DNA of 62,660 nucleotides, taken from contig JBIKWF010000011.1 in the NCBI GenBank assembly GCA_044356455.1, forward strand, positions 1-62,660, in the 5' to 3' direction. Of the stretch, positions 18,953 through 28,722 are shown in pieces. Both the position numbers and the translations under genes were made by a program. The notes under the pieces were generated by a model that saw only the letters and a list, made by a program, of their open reading frames with translations, was not told where the DNA came from and made no database searches. The stretch's first letter is position 1. Every line of letters starts with the position of its first letter. Source of the DNA: Bdellovibrionota bacterium (GTDB lineage: Bacteria; Bdellovibrionota_C; UBA2361; JBGSMV01).

Positions 18953-19008
18953 TGTGGTTTTAGTTGTTAAGGATTGAACAACCACTGAGACCACAGAGAG
19001 CACTAAGG
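18953..19008. repeat. Degenerate copy of the 9-bp-unit palindrome
   Basis: TGTGGTTTTAGTTGTT...AACAACCACTGAGACCACAGAGAGCACTAAGG. Confidence 0.6.
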
Positions 19009-19046
19009 TTTAGTACTTATCGTTTGCGCATGTAGCAGAGGCCATT

Positions 19047-19487
19047 ATGACTACTCCCATGGGTCAAAATCTTTCAAATCATTCCAGGCTCGATCCGATT
19101 TTTCATTTTGTAGTTTCCCCAATCTTACTTCTCAACCTTTTGCGCTCTGTTTGGTACGCAGTAGCCGCGGTTTCCTTTGATTCAGTTCTGCAGGTGATGG
19201 TTGCGGCGGCGCTTGTTGTTTTAATGTTTAAGGTCCGTCTCTATAGCCTGCGAGTGCAAGACCGACTCATTCGCTTGGAAGAGCGTCTTCGCATCGCGCC
19301 GCTTCTCGCGGTAGATGAGCGCGAGCAAGTACTCGGTAGCCTTACGGAGTCTCAGCTTGTGGGGCTTCGATTTGCCAGCGATGGAGAAGTCGCGAATTTA
19401 GCAAGACGAGCAGCTCGCGAAGGCCTTTCGAAATCTGAGATTAAGAAAGCAATTGGTACGTGGAGAGGGGACTATTTTCGCGTTTAG
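19047..19487 (+). CDS. DUF6526-like membrane protein
   Basis: QN..NH.R..P.FHF, QDRLIRLEERLR, QLVGLRFASD, IKKAI..WRGD..RV. Confidence 0.8.
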   Translation: MTTPMGQNLSNHSRLDPIFHFVVSPILLLNLLRSVWYAVAAVSFDSVLQVMVAAALVVLMFKVRLYSLRVQDRLIRLEERLRIAPLLAVDEREQVLGSLTESQLVGLRFASDGEVANLARRAAREGLSKSEIKKAIGTWRGDYFRV

Positions 19488-19528
19488 ACTTGCCACAGGC
19501 GAGATCGTCTTTTGAGTTAATTCCCCGC

Positions 19529-20398
19529 ATGAACCCACGAGACTTTATTCAACTGCTCATCCTCGCTTCTATTTGGGGGAGTTCTTTTTTGTTCATGCGC
19601 CGCGCCGCCCCGGAGCTTGGGGGCGTGGCGACTGCCGAGATTCGGGTCGCTCTTGCTGCAATAGTCTTGCTTGTGATTGCGCTCGCAAAATACCAAACGC
19701 TGCGCCTAGAGTATTGGCGCAGCTATTTCTTTATTGGAATGCTCAATTGCGCGGTTCCCTTTTCGCTCTTTGCCGTGGCCGCTCAAAGGCTTCCGGCAGG
19801 GTATCTTAGTGTACTGAATGCAACTGCTCCGGCCTTTGGCGCTCTCGCCGCGGCAGTCCTCCTACGAGAAACTCTAGGAGTAAGAAGAGCCGCGGGCCTT
19901 GCCCTTGGTCTTTTAGGTGTCTGTACCCTGGTAGCTTTCGGTCCGGTTCCTCTGAGTGAGGGTACGATCTTGGGGATCGGCGCGGGGCTTTTTGCTTCTG
20001 CCTGTTACGGTATCGCAGTGGTATATCTCACGCGTCTTATACGTGAAGTGCCCGGTATCACGGTAGCTGCGTGCACTCTTTCCGCGGCAGCTTTTCAGCT
20101 TCTTCCGCTGCTCGTTATGTCCCCCACAAAACCAGCAACTCTTGAAGCACTCTCCGCGGTTGCCATGCTAGGAGTGTTTTGCACCGCGGTAGCTTATCTC
20201 ATTTATTTTGATCTCGTGCAGCGCATCTCTCCCTCGCGAGCCTTGGTGGTCACTTTCCTCATCCCGGTGTTTGCCTCGCTCTGGGGGTGGCTCTTTCTTG
20301 GTGAGCCCGTGACCGTTCGCATGATGCTTGGAGCTTTAGTCTGTCTTCTCGGAACGTGGCTTGCCTCAGCACGGCAAGGACAGGGAGTGCGAAGGTAA
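19529..20398 (+). CDS. DMT/EamA family transporter
   Basis: IWGSSFLFMR, two EamA repeats, about 10 TM segments. Confidence 0.9.
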   Translation: MNPRDFIQLLILASIWGSSFLFMRRAAPELGGVATAEIRVALAAIVLLVIALAKYQTLRLEYWRSYFFIGMLNCAVPFSLFAVAAQRLPAGYLSVLNATAPAFGALAAAVLLRETLGVRRAAGLALGLLGVCTLVAFGPVPLSEGTILGIGAGLFASACYGIAVVYLTRLIREVPGITVAACTLSAAAFQLLPLLVMSPTKPATLEALSAVAMLGVFCTAVAYLIYFDLVQRISPSRALVVTFLIPVFASLWGWLFLGEPVTVRMMLGALVCLLGTWLASARQGQGVRR

Positions 20399-20402
20399 GC
20401 GA

Positions 20403-20455
20403 GATCTCTGTGGTGTGAGTGGATTAGGAAAACAACCACTAAGACCCCAGAGATC
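20403..20455. repeat. Degenerate 9-bp-unit palindrome next to MITE copy 1
   Basis: GATCTCTGTGGTGTGAGTGG...CCACTAAGACCCCAGAGATC. Confidence 0.6.
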
Positions 20456-20482
20456 ACGAAGAGAGGGGAAATCTGCCGATTT

Positions 20483-20617
20483 CTAAGGAACCTCTGCAGA
20501 GCGTTGATACTTTATTTTTCCTCTGTGTTCTCTGTGCCCTCTGTGGTTTTTCAATAATTTAAATCAACCACAGAGGGCACAGAGTTCACAGAGCAGACTT
20601 TTTCAGAGCTTTCCTAG
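20483..20617. mobile_element. MITE-like element, family A, copy 1
   Basis: Ends CTAAGGAACCTCTG...TTTTTCAGAGCTTTCCTAG; internal (CTCTGTG)3GTT / AAC(CACAGAG)3 palindrome. Confidence 0.85.
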
Positions 20618-20631
20618 CTAATCGCTGGGGC

Positions 20632-21081
20632 TTACCTATTCCGAATCGACAAGCTACCCGAGTAAATCTTCTGGTAGCTCAGAGGTTCCGTCGTTAAAGG
20701 TAGAGTACAGGAGGTGAAGCTCAGCCTTTGGTGCATTTCAATAGATCCGTTTCCCTTGGGTACTAAGCGAATAGAGGGAGTGCCTAAGCAGCCGGTGAGC
20801 GGGCTAAGGACTTGGGCTTTTGATGTTCCGAGGTACTCCCCGGCTTTCAATCGGTTGGGAACAACGCGGTACGTGAACCCGCGCGTATTCTTCACTACAA
20901 ACTCATTTTTGTTCTTCGTTACCACGGCATTCCATAGGGCGGTGGAGGCCAGGCCATCTTTAACATTATCTCCGCTTCGAAAGTGTAGAACGCCGCGGTA
21001 GGTTCCGGGAGTAAGTTCGAGGGCATGAGCAGAGGAAGTGAGCAGGCACAATCCGAGGAGGAGAGAGAGGGCATGTTTCAT
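20632..21081 (-). CDS. Hypothetical secreted protein
   Basis: MKHALSLLLGLCLLTSSAHA signal peptide; start chosen within ORF 20632..21168. Confidence 0.65.
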   Translation of the reverse strand: MKHALSLLLGLCLLTSSAHALELTPGTYRGVLHFRSGDNVKDGLASTALWNAVVTKNKNEFVVKNTRGFTYRVVPNRLKAGEYLGTSKAQVLSPLTGCLGTPSIRLVPKGNGSIEMHQRLSFTSCTLPLTTEPLSYQKIYSGSLSIRNR

Positions 21082-21273
21082 AAAAATATCCATGGTTGGT
21101 TTTTCATAATCACAAAGCAAGGCGCCTCGCATGGTGTGTAATATGCACACCACTTGGGCGGTTGTCAAATAGTGTGGGCAGGCAGCGCCTACCCTCTTGA
21201 GGACACTCGCTTTTTCGAATTGTGGACCTCGCTTCTCAGTGCTTGAGCGGCTCTGGTTCTCTATGCGTATGCG

Positions 21274-23472
21274 TTACGCCAAGCGCTCCGCGATCACCTC
21301 AGCAATATCCCGCACGTCCAGAGTCTCTTCTCGGCCCGTAAGCTTCGTCCCATCTTCCATCATTTGCATGCAGAAGGGGCAGCCTGTCGCAATTCGGGAG
21401 GCGCCGGTTGCAGCCGCCTGATTGGTGCGGAGCACGTTCACTCGTTCTCCTACCTTAAGATCCATCCAGAAGTGTCCGCCTCCAGCCCCGCAGCACATCC
21501 CGTTTTCTCTGCTCTTCTCCATTTCGAGAATTTTAAGACCTTTGACGGCACGTAACGTCTCTCGTGGAGCGTCGTATTCATCATTGTAGCGTCCGAGGTA
21601 ACATGGATCGTGGAAGGTGATTTCCTGGGAATCTGCAAGTGCGTCGTTAAGCGTGATTTTCCCTTGTTTGAGCAAGCGCTTCAGTAGCTGCGAATGGTGG
21701 ATAATTTCCGGTGTCTTGCCTTCGCCAAGGTTGCCGAACTGAGGGTATTCGTTTTTGATGGTGTTGAAGCAATGGGGGCAGTTCGCCACGAGCGTTTTAA
21801 ACTGCACGCTCTTTAGGGTTTCGATATTGCTCTTTGCCAACGTCTGAAACAAATTCTCTTCCCCGAGCCTTCGAGCAGGGTCCCCCGAACAGCCCTCTGC
21901 CGTTCCGAGAATGCCAAAAGAGAGGCCAGCCTTTTTCATGACGTAGGTAAGAGCCTTGGCGATTTTTTGCTTGCGAGGATCGAACGCTGAAACGCAGCCG
22001 ACCCAATAGAGATAGTCAACGCTATCTCCAGGTGAAAGCACCGGGATATCCAGGCCCTGTGTCCACTTGGTGCGATCTTTGGGGTCTCCATAGGGATTCG
22101 CGCGGTTCTCTAATGCCCGCAGCGTGCCTTGCGCTTCTGACGGTATCTCGCCGTGCATAAGAGCCATATTGCGGCGATTGCCCATAATTTGATCTACGTG
22201 ATTGATGCCCACGGGGCAGGCTTGTACGCAGGCCATGCAGGTAGTGCAGGACCAAAATACGTTGGGATCCATCACCTCGCCGGCGATGCGATGCTCTGGG
22301 TCTATGCCAATAGAAAGTGCTGAGCTTTGCACGAGAGGGTTCGCGCTTCTAAACGCACCGCCGTTCGTATAAGTGCTCTCGGTGAGGGGGATGCCGTGAG
22401 CGGGGAAGAATAAGGCTTCATTGAGAGCGCGATCCAGGTCTTGCGCTGCCTCTGGCATGTGGGATGGGGCAAGTTTGCCGTTATGCTGGAGTTTTAAGGC
22501 GTGATTGCGGGTGTCAAGAATTACCCATTTCGGCGAGAGCGGTTTCCCGGAGTTGTACGCAGGGCAGGCATCCTGGCAGCGTCCACAACTCGTACAGGCA
22601 TCGAGGTCGAGGAGCTGCTTCCACGAGTAATCCTTGATGGTGCCGAGTCCCAGAGAAAACTCCTCGCCCGATTCCATGAGCTTCTCTAGATCTCCGGGAT
22701 ATTCGAGGGCGCCCTTAGGTTTTGAAAAATTCCTCAGCGCAAGATTTAGAGAGCTCGCGATGATGTGAAAAAATTTGCTGTAGGGTGCGAGCGCGATGCA
22801 GGCAAACACCGTGAGGGTGTGAAACCACCATACAAAATAGTGCAGGACTGCCCCTGTCTCGGGGCTGAGATTCCAGAAGAACTTTGAGAGCAGAAGGCCA
22901 ACGGGAGAATAGATAGACCATGCGTCGCCTTTGACGTGAATGCGCAGGGCTTCAAGGAGAAAGCCTTGTACGCAGAGAAGGATGAGAACCCCAAGCAGAA
23001 GCGCATCTCCGCTTCTCGAGTGCAGGAGGTCCGGGCGCTTTACATAGCGCCGATGAGCAAAAACAAGGCACCCTGCGATGAGGCCGAGACCAAAGAGATC
23101 GCTCGCCACGGTGAGCGCAAGGTAGAGATCTCCCACATAAATGTGAAAGCCAAGATCGTGATGAATCGCGACGACCGTGGTCGTAAGGAGAAGTACGAGA
23201 AAGCCTATATAGACGAGCGTATGGGCGAAGCCGGCGCTTGGTGATTTGATGACGCGGCGCTGCAGCACCACATAGGTAAGAAAATTCCAGGCGCGCACGT
23301 AGGCAGGAAGATCTTGATCCGAGGCCCTTTTACCGGAGTACCAGAGTTCGGCGTGCCGAAAAACACCAATAGCTCCGATCCCAAGCGAGACTGCGAGCAG
23401 AGCGTACATGGCTACGATATTGGGAGTAGTTCCAATATTCCAAAGAATTTCGCGGGTAGGGGTAACTTCCAT
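21274..23472 (-). CDS. FadF-like membrane Fe-S oxidoreductase (cytochrome b-like TMs, 4Fe-4S dicluster, two CCG domains)
   Basis: CTSCGRCQDACP, CTTCMACVQACP, YWVGC, CPHC, HDPCYLGR, CCGAGGG, GCPFC. Confidence 0.9.
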   Translation of the reverse strand: MEVTPTREILWNIGTTPNIVAMYALLAVSLGIGAIGVFRHAELWYSGKRASDQDLPAYVRAWNFLTYVVLQRRVIKSPSAGFAHTLVYIGFLVLLLTTTVVAIHHDLGFHIYVGDLYLALTVASDLFGLGLIAGCLVFAHRRYVKRPDLLHSRSGDALLLGVLILLCVQGFLLEALRIHVKGDAWSIYSPVGLLLSKFFWNLSPETGAVLHYFVWWFHTLTVFACIALAPYSKFFHIIASSLNLALRNFSKPKGALEYPGDLEKLMESGEEFSLGLGTIKDYSWKQLLDLDACTSCGRCQDACPAYNSGKPLSPKWVILDTRNHALKLQHNGKLAPSHMPEAAQDLDRALNEALFFPAHGIPLTESTYTNGGAFRSANPLVQSSALSIGIDPEHRIAGEVMDPNVFWSCTTCMACVQACPVGINHVDQIMGNRRNMALMHGEIPSEAQGTLRALENRANPYGDPKDRTKWTQGLDIPVLSPGDSVDYLYWVGCVSAFDPRKQKIAKALTYVMKKAGLSFGILGTAEGCSGDPARRLGEENLFQTLAKSNIETLKSVQFKTLVANCPHCFNTIKNEYPQFGNLGEGKTPEIIHHSQLLKRLLKQGKITLNDALADSQEITFHDPCYLGRYNDEYDAPRETLRAVKGLKILEMEKSRENGMCCGAGGGHFWMDLKVGERVNVLRTNQAAATGASRIATGCPFCMQMMEDGTKLTGREETLDVRDIAEVIAERLA

Positions 23473-23515
23473 AGCGAGTAATCTAGAGTGATAAAGGCTA
23501 AGAATTCCTAACTGT

Positions 23516-23732
23516 TTAGCCGGTATTGCTCACAGCCCCAACGGGCTGTGAGCAATACCGGCTAACTAACGCCCGGATGGCGTTAGCAAATCGCGACCAT
23601 CGGGAGCGATTTGGAGCCCCCTTGCAGTTCGACACTCTGTCGTGGCGAACGGAGAGGGGGCGAGGTTGAAAATCGGCCCGGATGGCCGATTTTCAACGGT
23701 AATCTCACGGACCCGAAGGGATCCCGTGAGAT
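23516..23732. repeat. Cluster of six abutting hairpins (structured repeat or ncRNA candidate)
   Basis: Stems 23516-23565 (23 bp perfect), 23566-23586, 23587-23613, 23616-23661, 23665-23697 (14 bp), 23702-23732; two share the loop CGGAT. Confidence 0.8.
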
Positions 23733-24150
23733 ATAAAGGTTAGCATAGAGGGTTCTGCCTGGCGTGGGAGAATTACGATGCTTCCGGCTTCTTGCTCCAT
23801 TCATTCTTTTCCGCCATCCGAGCGCCTTGCGCAGTGGTTGGGTTTCCCATCGGAGATAGGTCAATGCCTTCCGGCGCGGCGACTGGCAAATCGTGTTTTA
23901 TTGGAATAGGCGATGCTCAAAGGGCTGCTATATCGTCTCTATGGCTATGTTCAGTAATATTAATATGTTAGCTTTGAAGGCTCGTAAGTAATCAGGCGCT
24001 AGTTGAAAATCTCGACGCGTGAAGTCGTAATCCTACAGACGGAGGCTCTCATCGTAGTGAGGGCTTGATGGGTGATCGAAGATGAGCTGACGGGCGCATG
24101 TAGACGTCGTTAGCGCTACGAGGAAACGGTACGAAGGCAAAGGAAGCGAG

Positions 24151-25545
24151 ATGTTCGGATGGGGTCCTGAAATACTTGTGGCGGTAATTCTTGCGGCCAT
24201 ATTCTCCTATTCGTTTTTTGCTTTAGGTTCGACAGCGATTGCAAGAAGTCGCACAGCTCGTCTTCGCGAGCTCGCTAAGGAGAACTACTTCGGCGCAAAA
24301 TATGCACGCACTATCCTCACGCGGGCTGATGCGCATCTTTTGTCGTGTCAAACAGGAGCCTTTCTATCGGCACTGTGTATCGGATTCTCTGCGAATGAGC
24401 TTTTGAGTGGGGTTCGTGGGGCGTGGATCGGAGAGCTCCTGCCGGTAAGTCCGGAAACGGAGCATCTTCTTGTTTCATTTATTGTCCTTGCGGCGGTGGT
24501 GCTCGCGGGTCTGGCCTTGCTGCAAGCAGCAAAAGCCATCGCGTTTATGCGGCCGAATCGTGGCCTTTGCTGGGTTGCTCTGCCCATTCTTCTGAGCTCA
24601 AGGATTCTTTGGCCCATCGTTTGGCTCCTGCGGGCCACTGTGGGGCGCGCGTTGTCCGGACTCGGGCTTGGTATCCCGGTTGAACGTGAGCTTGCGGTGT
24701 CCTCGGAGGAAATCGCAGAGATCGTTGAAATGAGCAATAAAGCCGGTCAAATCGAAGATGATGAAAGCGAGATGATTCGGCACGTATTCACGTTCTCCGA
24801 TACTATTGCACGTGAGGTCATGACGCCTCGCAAAGATATCATTGCGGTTGAGGAGTCTGCTTCCCTTGAGGAAGTTATTGCTCTTTTTATTCGTGAGCGC
24901 ATATCGCGAATTCTGGTGACTGGGACAGATCTTGATGACGTAAAGGGAGTGCTGCTTGGCAAGGACTTCCTCAATCTGATTGGGAAGCCTTCCGCTGATT
25001 TTCACCTAAGGAAATACCTTCGACCAGTATTCTTTGTTCCGAATTCAAAAAAAGTGGACGAGTTGCTCCAGGAGCTTCGCCAGGAAGCGATTCATTTCGC
25101 AGTAGTTCTAGACGAGCATGGCGGAGTCGATGGCGTGGTGACTCTTGAAGACCTGATTGAGGAAATCGTAGGCGAAATTTTTGATGAATACGATAGTCCA
25201 ATAGAAGAACTCGACGTGAGGAGCTTAACGACAGGGGACCTTGTCGTTGAAGGGAGCACGATGATTGATGACCTCAATGCATCGCGAGGGCTTTCTATTC
25301 CGCGTGGGCACTACGATACGATTGCTGGGTTTGTTATCCACTTACTGGGGCGTATTCCTAAAACCGGCGAGCAGGTTAAATGGGAGAATTTTCTCTTCAA
25401 GGTAGAGAACACGTTTCAGAACCGAATCACCAGCGTGAGAATTGTCGCCTCTTCTCGGGGCAGTTCTGTTCATGCCGGGGTGAGCGGCACTGCTCCAGTT
25501 GCAGAGGGAGAGGGCGGCGTTGCCCCTGAGGAGCCTTCTCGCTAG
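24151..25545 (+). CDS. HlyC/CorC (CNNM + CBS pair + CorC_HlyC) family protein
   Basis: REVMTPRKDI, VLDEHGGVDGVVTLEDLIEEIVGEIFDEYD, YDTIAGFV. Confidence 0.92.
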   Translation: MFGWGPEILVAVILAAIFSYSFFALGSTAIARSRTARLRELAKENYFGAKYARTILTRADAHLLSCQTGAFLSALCIGFSANELLSGVRGAWIGELLPVSPETEHLLVSFIVLAAVVLAGLALLQAAKAIAFMRPNRGLCWVALPILLSSRILWPIVWLLRATVGRALSGLGLGIPVERELAVSSEEIAEIVEMSNKAGQIEDDESEMIRHVFTFSDTIAREVMTPRKDIIAVEESASLEEVIALFIRERISRILVTGTDLDDVKGVLLGKDFLNLIGKPSADFHLRKYLRPVFFVPNSKKVDELLQELRQEAIHFAVVLDEHGGVDGVVTLEDLIEEIVGEIFDEYDSPIEELDVRSLTTGDLVVEGSTMIDDLNASRGLSIPRGHYDTIAGFVIHLLGRIPKTGEQVKWENFLFKVENTFQNRITSVRIVASSRGSSVHAGVSGTAPVAEGEGGVAPEEPSR

Positions 25546-25681
25546 CCTTCCATACCTGAACCCAATCCAACCATCCGCTCATCTACTTCATGAGGGCATC
25601 TTCTCGCGTAAAGCTCGAGATTGCCCCAGGGCGCTCATGAAGCGCTGTGATATCAACGTGTTAGGATTTGAGCAAGAATCT

Positions 25682-26107
25682 ATGACCACGCCTCCTGATG
25701 CAAATACGAGTGCCCCGGCGGCTGAGGCCGCTCCTAAAAAAACTGAGGTTGTGAGTTTCGACGGCCCAGGCGCCAAACCGTCTGGTGCGGGAGAGGCTCC
25801 AAGGACAGAAATGCCAGTATCTGCGGTCGCCAGACTTCTAGGAGTTGCGACTGCGACGGACCTAAACCTTCTCGATGGCAAGCTTGACCTGATGGTGAGC
25901 AAAGTGAATGCGCTTCAGACGCGCATGGAGAAAGTGCTGACCGTGGTGAATGGTATGCCAAGTGGAGCCGACCTAGAGCGTATCGACGTTCAAATCGGCG
26001 CGCTGCGAAATCTCATAAAGGAAACGCTTACGGGCGTAGCGGCAGCGGCGAGTTCCCCTGCAAAAAAATCTGAGTCAACTGCCCCCAAAGCAGAACCAAC
26101 TAAGTAA
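25682..26107 (+). CDS. Hypothetical coiled-coil protein
   Basis: Helical core (LGVATATDL...LERIDVQIGAL) with Ala/Pro-rich ends; ATG 25682 avoids overlap with the upstream gene. Confidence 0.65.
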   Translation: MTTPPDANTSAPAAEAAPKKTEVVSFDGPGAKPSGAGEAPRTEMPVSAVARLLGVATATDLNLLDGKLDLMVSKVNALQTRMEKVLTVVNGMPSGADLERIDVQIGALRNLIKETLTGVAAAASSPAKKSESTAPKAEPTK

Positions 26108-26135
26108 CGCCTCATTCGGGGCACGTGGAGCATAT

Positions 26136-26972
26136 ATGGCATCAAAGAAACCAGGCCTTGTAGGTCTTGTAGAAACTGAGATCGAAAGTTCGGTTGAGAA
26201 TTCCTCCGCAGTTATCCCGGGGGGGGGTGTCCCAGGAGATATTGCAGCAGGGGCTCCCGATAAGGCTAAGGCGCGCCAGAAAAGCTATATTATGGATCTT
26301 CGCATCCATAGCCCAGCTTCCTTGGGATATTTGGGAGTGGAGGGACTCGATACCGCTCCTGCGCTTGTGCGTCTTGCGAAAGTGAAAGGTCTCGACGTGA
26401 TTGCGGTGACAGATTTCTATAGCGGCAGCTTCATAGACCGCGTTGCAGAAGCTGCTCGTGGAAGTTCTTTGACTGTAGTGCCAGGAGTGGTCATTCGCTG
26501 TGCGATTCCAACATGCCAGGACGTTATCTTGACGTGCCTGTTTCCGGAATCTTTCACGGGGTCGAAGATAGAGGAGTTTTTAAAGGCCATAGATGTTCCT
26601 ACCTCGGCCTTTGGCTCGCGCTCGTTTGTGGTGAGTAAGTCCCTTCGCGAAACGCTCGCGGTAGTTGAGAAATTCCAGGGCGTGGCACTCCCAAGCCGTA
26701 TGGACAAGACGCCTCACCGCCTAGCAGCCATCCCTACGCTTGTTGAGGAATACGGTTTCAGAGCTTTTGATCTTGCCTATGGGGATAGTACCAGGTTCTT
26801 TAAAACAAAATGGCCTAAAATTAAGTTTCATCTTTTCAGCTTCTCAAATGCAAATGCCTTAGCTCAGATTGGAAGCCGCATCGCAAAAGTTAAAATGCCG
26901 ATCCCGGGATTTGAAGGCATTCGGCAGATTGTGAGTAGGCAGCATGGTCCTTCCACGGGCGTTTCGGCCTAA
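26136..26972 (+). CDS. PHP-domain-like protein with degenerate metal ligands
   Basis: DLRIHSPAS, GLDVIAVTDF, VVPGVVI and SNAN align with PHP motifs. Confidence 0.75.
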   Translation: MASKKPGLVGLVETEIESSVENSSAVIPGGGVPGDIAAGAPDKAKARQKSYIMDLRIHSPASLGYLGVEGLDTAPALVRLAKVKGLDVIAVTDFYSGSFIDRVAEAARGSSLTVVPGVVIRCAIPTCQDVILTCLFPESFTGSKIEEFLKAIDVPTSAFGSRSFVVSKSLRETLAVVEKFQGVALPSRMDKTPHRLAAIPTLVEEYGFRAFDLAYGDSTRFFKTKWPKIKFHLFSFSNANALAQIGSRIAKVKMPIPGFEGIRQIVSRQHGPSTGVSA

Positions 26973-27072
26973 AGGTCTTTGGACCTGGGTCCCGCAAGCT
27001 CAGCTTGTGATTGACCGATGGGGTGAACCGTCGCATTCTCATCTCCTAGGTTAGTGTTTGGGAGGCTCCTCT

Positions 27073-28722
27073 GTGTCAGCTAGATCGAGATCGTCTCGTC
27101 CTCGTGGGGCTCGCGCGAAGATTCCGCGAAGCGCGCCAGTCATGCGTAGCGGCAAGTTAGGTCAAAGTGCAGAAAAACTCATTCGCCAAGCCCTGCGTGC
27201 AGTTGAGTCGCGCGGCTCAGTAAATAAGGGGACGCCGCTCATGGAGCGTGCGCACTTTGGCACCACCATCTTCATTGCAAGCTGCGAATTGAAGATGCGC
27301 ATGGGGCGATTCACCGTTTATGTATTTCAAGATTTAATTCATAAAGGCTATATCCTCGCGATTGCTTACGGGGAAATCCACAAGGCCAAAGAGCTCTATA
27401 CTCGATTGCACTCGTCATGCGTCACGAGTGAGACACTCCGTGGCTGTGACTGTGACTGTTCAAAGCAACTTGAGGGGGCGCTCAAACGGATCGCTGAGCG
27501 TAAAGCGGGAATTCTTTTCTACCTCATTCAGGAGGGACGTGGCGTCGGGTATGTAGCAAAAGCGCGAGACCGCATGCTTGTTCAAGCGTCGCTTGACGAG
27601 CTTTCAACCTTTGAGGCTTACGCCTGCATGGGGCTCAAGAAAGATTACCGCAACTATGAAGGCATCGCCTCAATTGTTCATCTGCTTGGAGTTAAGGCGC
27701 CCTTTGTGGTGCTGACCAATAATCCTGACAAAGTTGACGCCCTCAAGGAGCTGGGCGTTAAAGTGAAGGGGACTGAGAGTATCGAGTTCGACGCAGGTCC
27801 CTATAACCTCGCGTATCTCAAGTCGAAGGCTCAAAGCGGGCATGCCTTAAAGAGACCTGCGTTGGCACAGCTTCGCCGTGCGATTCCCCCTGAGAAGGTG
27901 GTGCCTTTTAATCCGTATGCTCTTAAAGGAGCTGCTCGTTTCATCTACTGCGCGAGTTATTTCTTGCCCATGAAGCCGGTGGATGGAGAAACGATTATCT
28001 CTCGAGCGCAGTTCGAGGAGGTTTTTAAGCATAACGACTTGGCCCAATATCGACAGGGCCCTGGCGCACTTATTCGTGAGGTAAGCGAGCTCGATAGGGA
28101 GCGCGTACTCGTGTGCATGGATCGCAGGAATTTCGCTCGCTATCGAAGCGACCCGGCGCATGCTGAAGTGGTCGCATTAGTCACCACGCCCTATTGGTTC
28201 AGGGTGCACGTCTACTATGACGTGGTTTCGGGCCAGGACTTTGTAGTCCTTACTCATGGTGAGTCGAGAGGCTTTGGAGGCAAAGGCAGAAGCGCTCCTC
28301 TAGTGAGAGTTCATAGTGAATCAATTTTTGACCGTTTCCCCATGACTGACGTGGAAAATCGGGACAAGCTTAAGCAAAGCGCGAAGATGATAGTGCGAAA
28401 TGGAGCAGGTCTGATGGTGCTGCTCTATAACGATGGGCGAGGAGCAGGCTTTGGCGCGCACGCGACAGATAGAATGTTTCGTGAGCGCCGCGTCACGAAC
28501 TCCTCAGACGAGACCTATACGCAGCTTGGGGTGCCCTACGACTCTCGCGATTACGAAGCGACGATGCTTCTGATAGCACATCACGTGCGCACTAAGCGCA
28601 TACAGATGATTATGAATAATCCTCATAGTCTCGTGCTCAAGCAGGAGTATGCGATGGCGCTGCATCGGCAGGGGCTTCAGATTGACCGTTGGATATTCTT
28701 GGAGGACGAATTTCGGTCATGA
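27073..28722 (+). CDS. Protein with two GTP cyclohydrolase II (RibA)-like domains
   Basis: Domain 1: RLHSSC..CDC, QEGRG, LTNNPDK, YLKSK..GH. Domain 2: VRVHSES, NDGRG, DSRDY, MNNP. GTG 27073 follows GGAGG. Confidence 0.85.
   Translation: MSARSRSSRPRGARAKIPRSAPVMRSGKLGQSAEKLIRQALRAVESRGSVNKGTPLMERAHFGTTIFIASCELKMRMGRFTVYVFQDLIHKGYILAIAYGEIHKAKELYTRLHSSCVTSETLRGCDCDCSKQLEGALKRIAERKAGILFYLIQEGRGVGYVAKARDRMLVQASLDELSTFEAYACMGLKKDYRNYEGIASIVHLLGVKAPFVVLTNNPDKVDALKELGVKVKGTESIEFDAGPYNLAYLKSKAQSGHALKRPALAQLRRAIPPEKVVPFNPYALKGAARFIYCASYFLPMKPVDGETIISRAQFEEVFKHNDLAQYRQGPGALIREVSELDRERVLVCMDRRNFARYRSDPAHAEVVALVTTPYWFRVHVYYDVVSGQDFVVLTHGESRGFGGKGRSAPLVRVHSESIFDRFPMTDVENRDKLKQSAKMIVRNGAGLMVLLYNDGRGAGFGAHATDRMFRERRVTNSSDETYTQLGVPYDSRDYEATMLLIAHHVRTKRIQMIMNNPHSLVLKQEYAMALHRQGLQIDRWIFLEDEFRS

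Noticed and set aside
23583..23864. 93-aa minus-strand ORF
   Set aside because: It runs through the hairpin cluster and has no protein-like features
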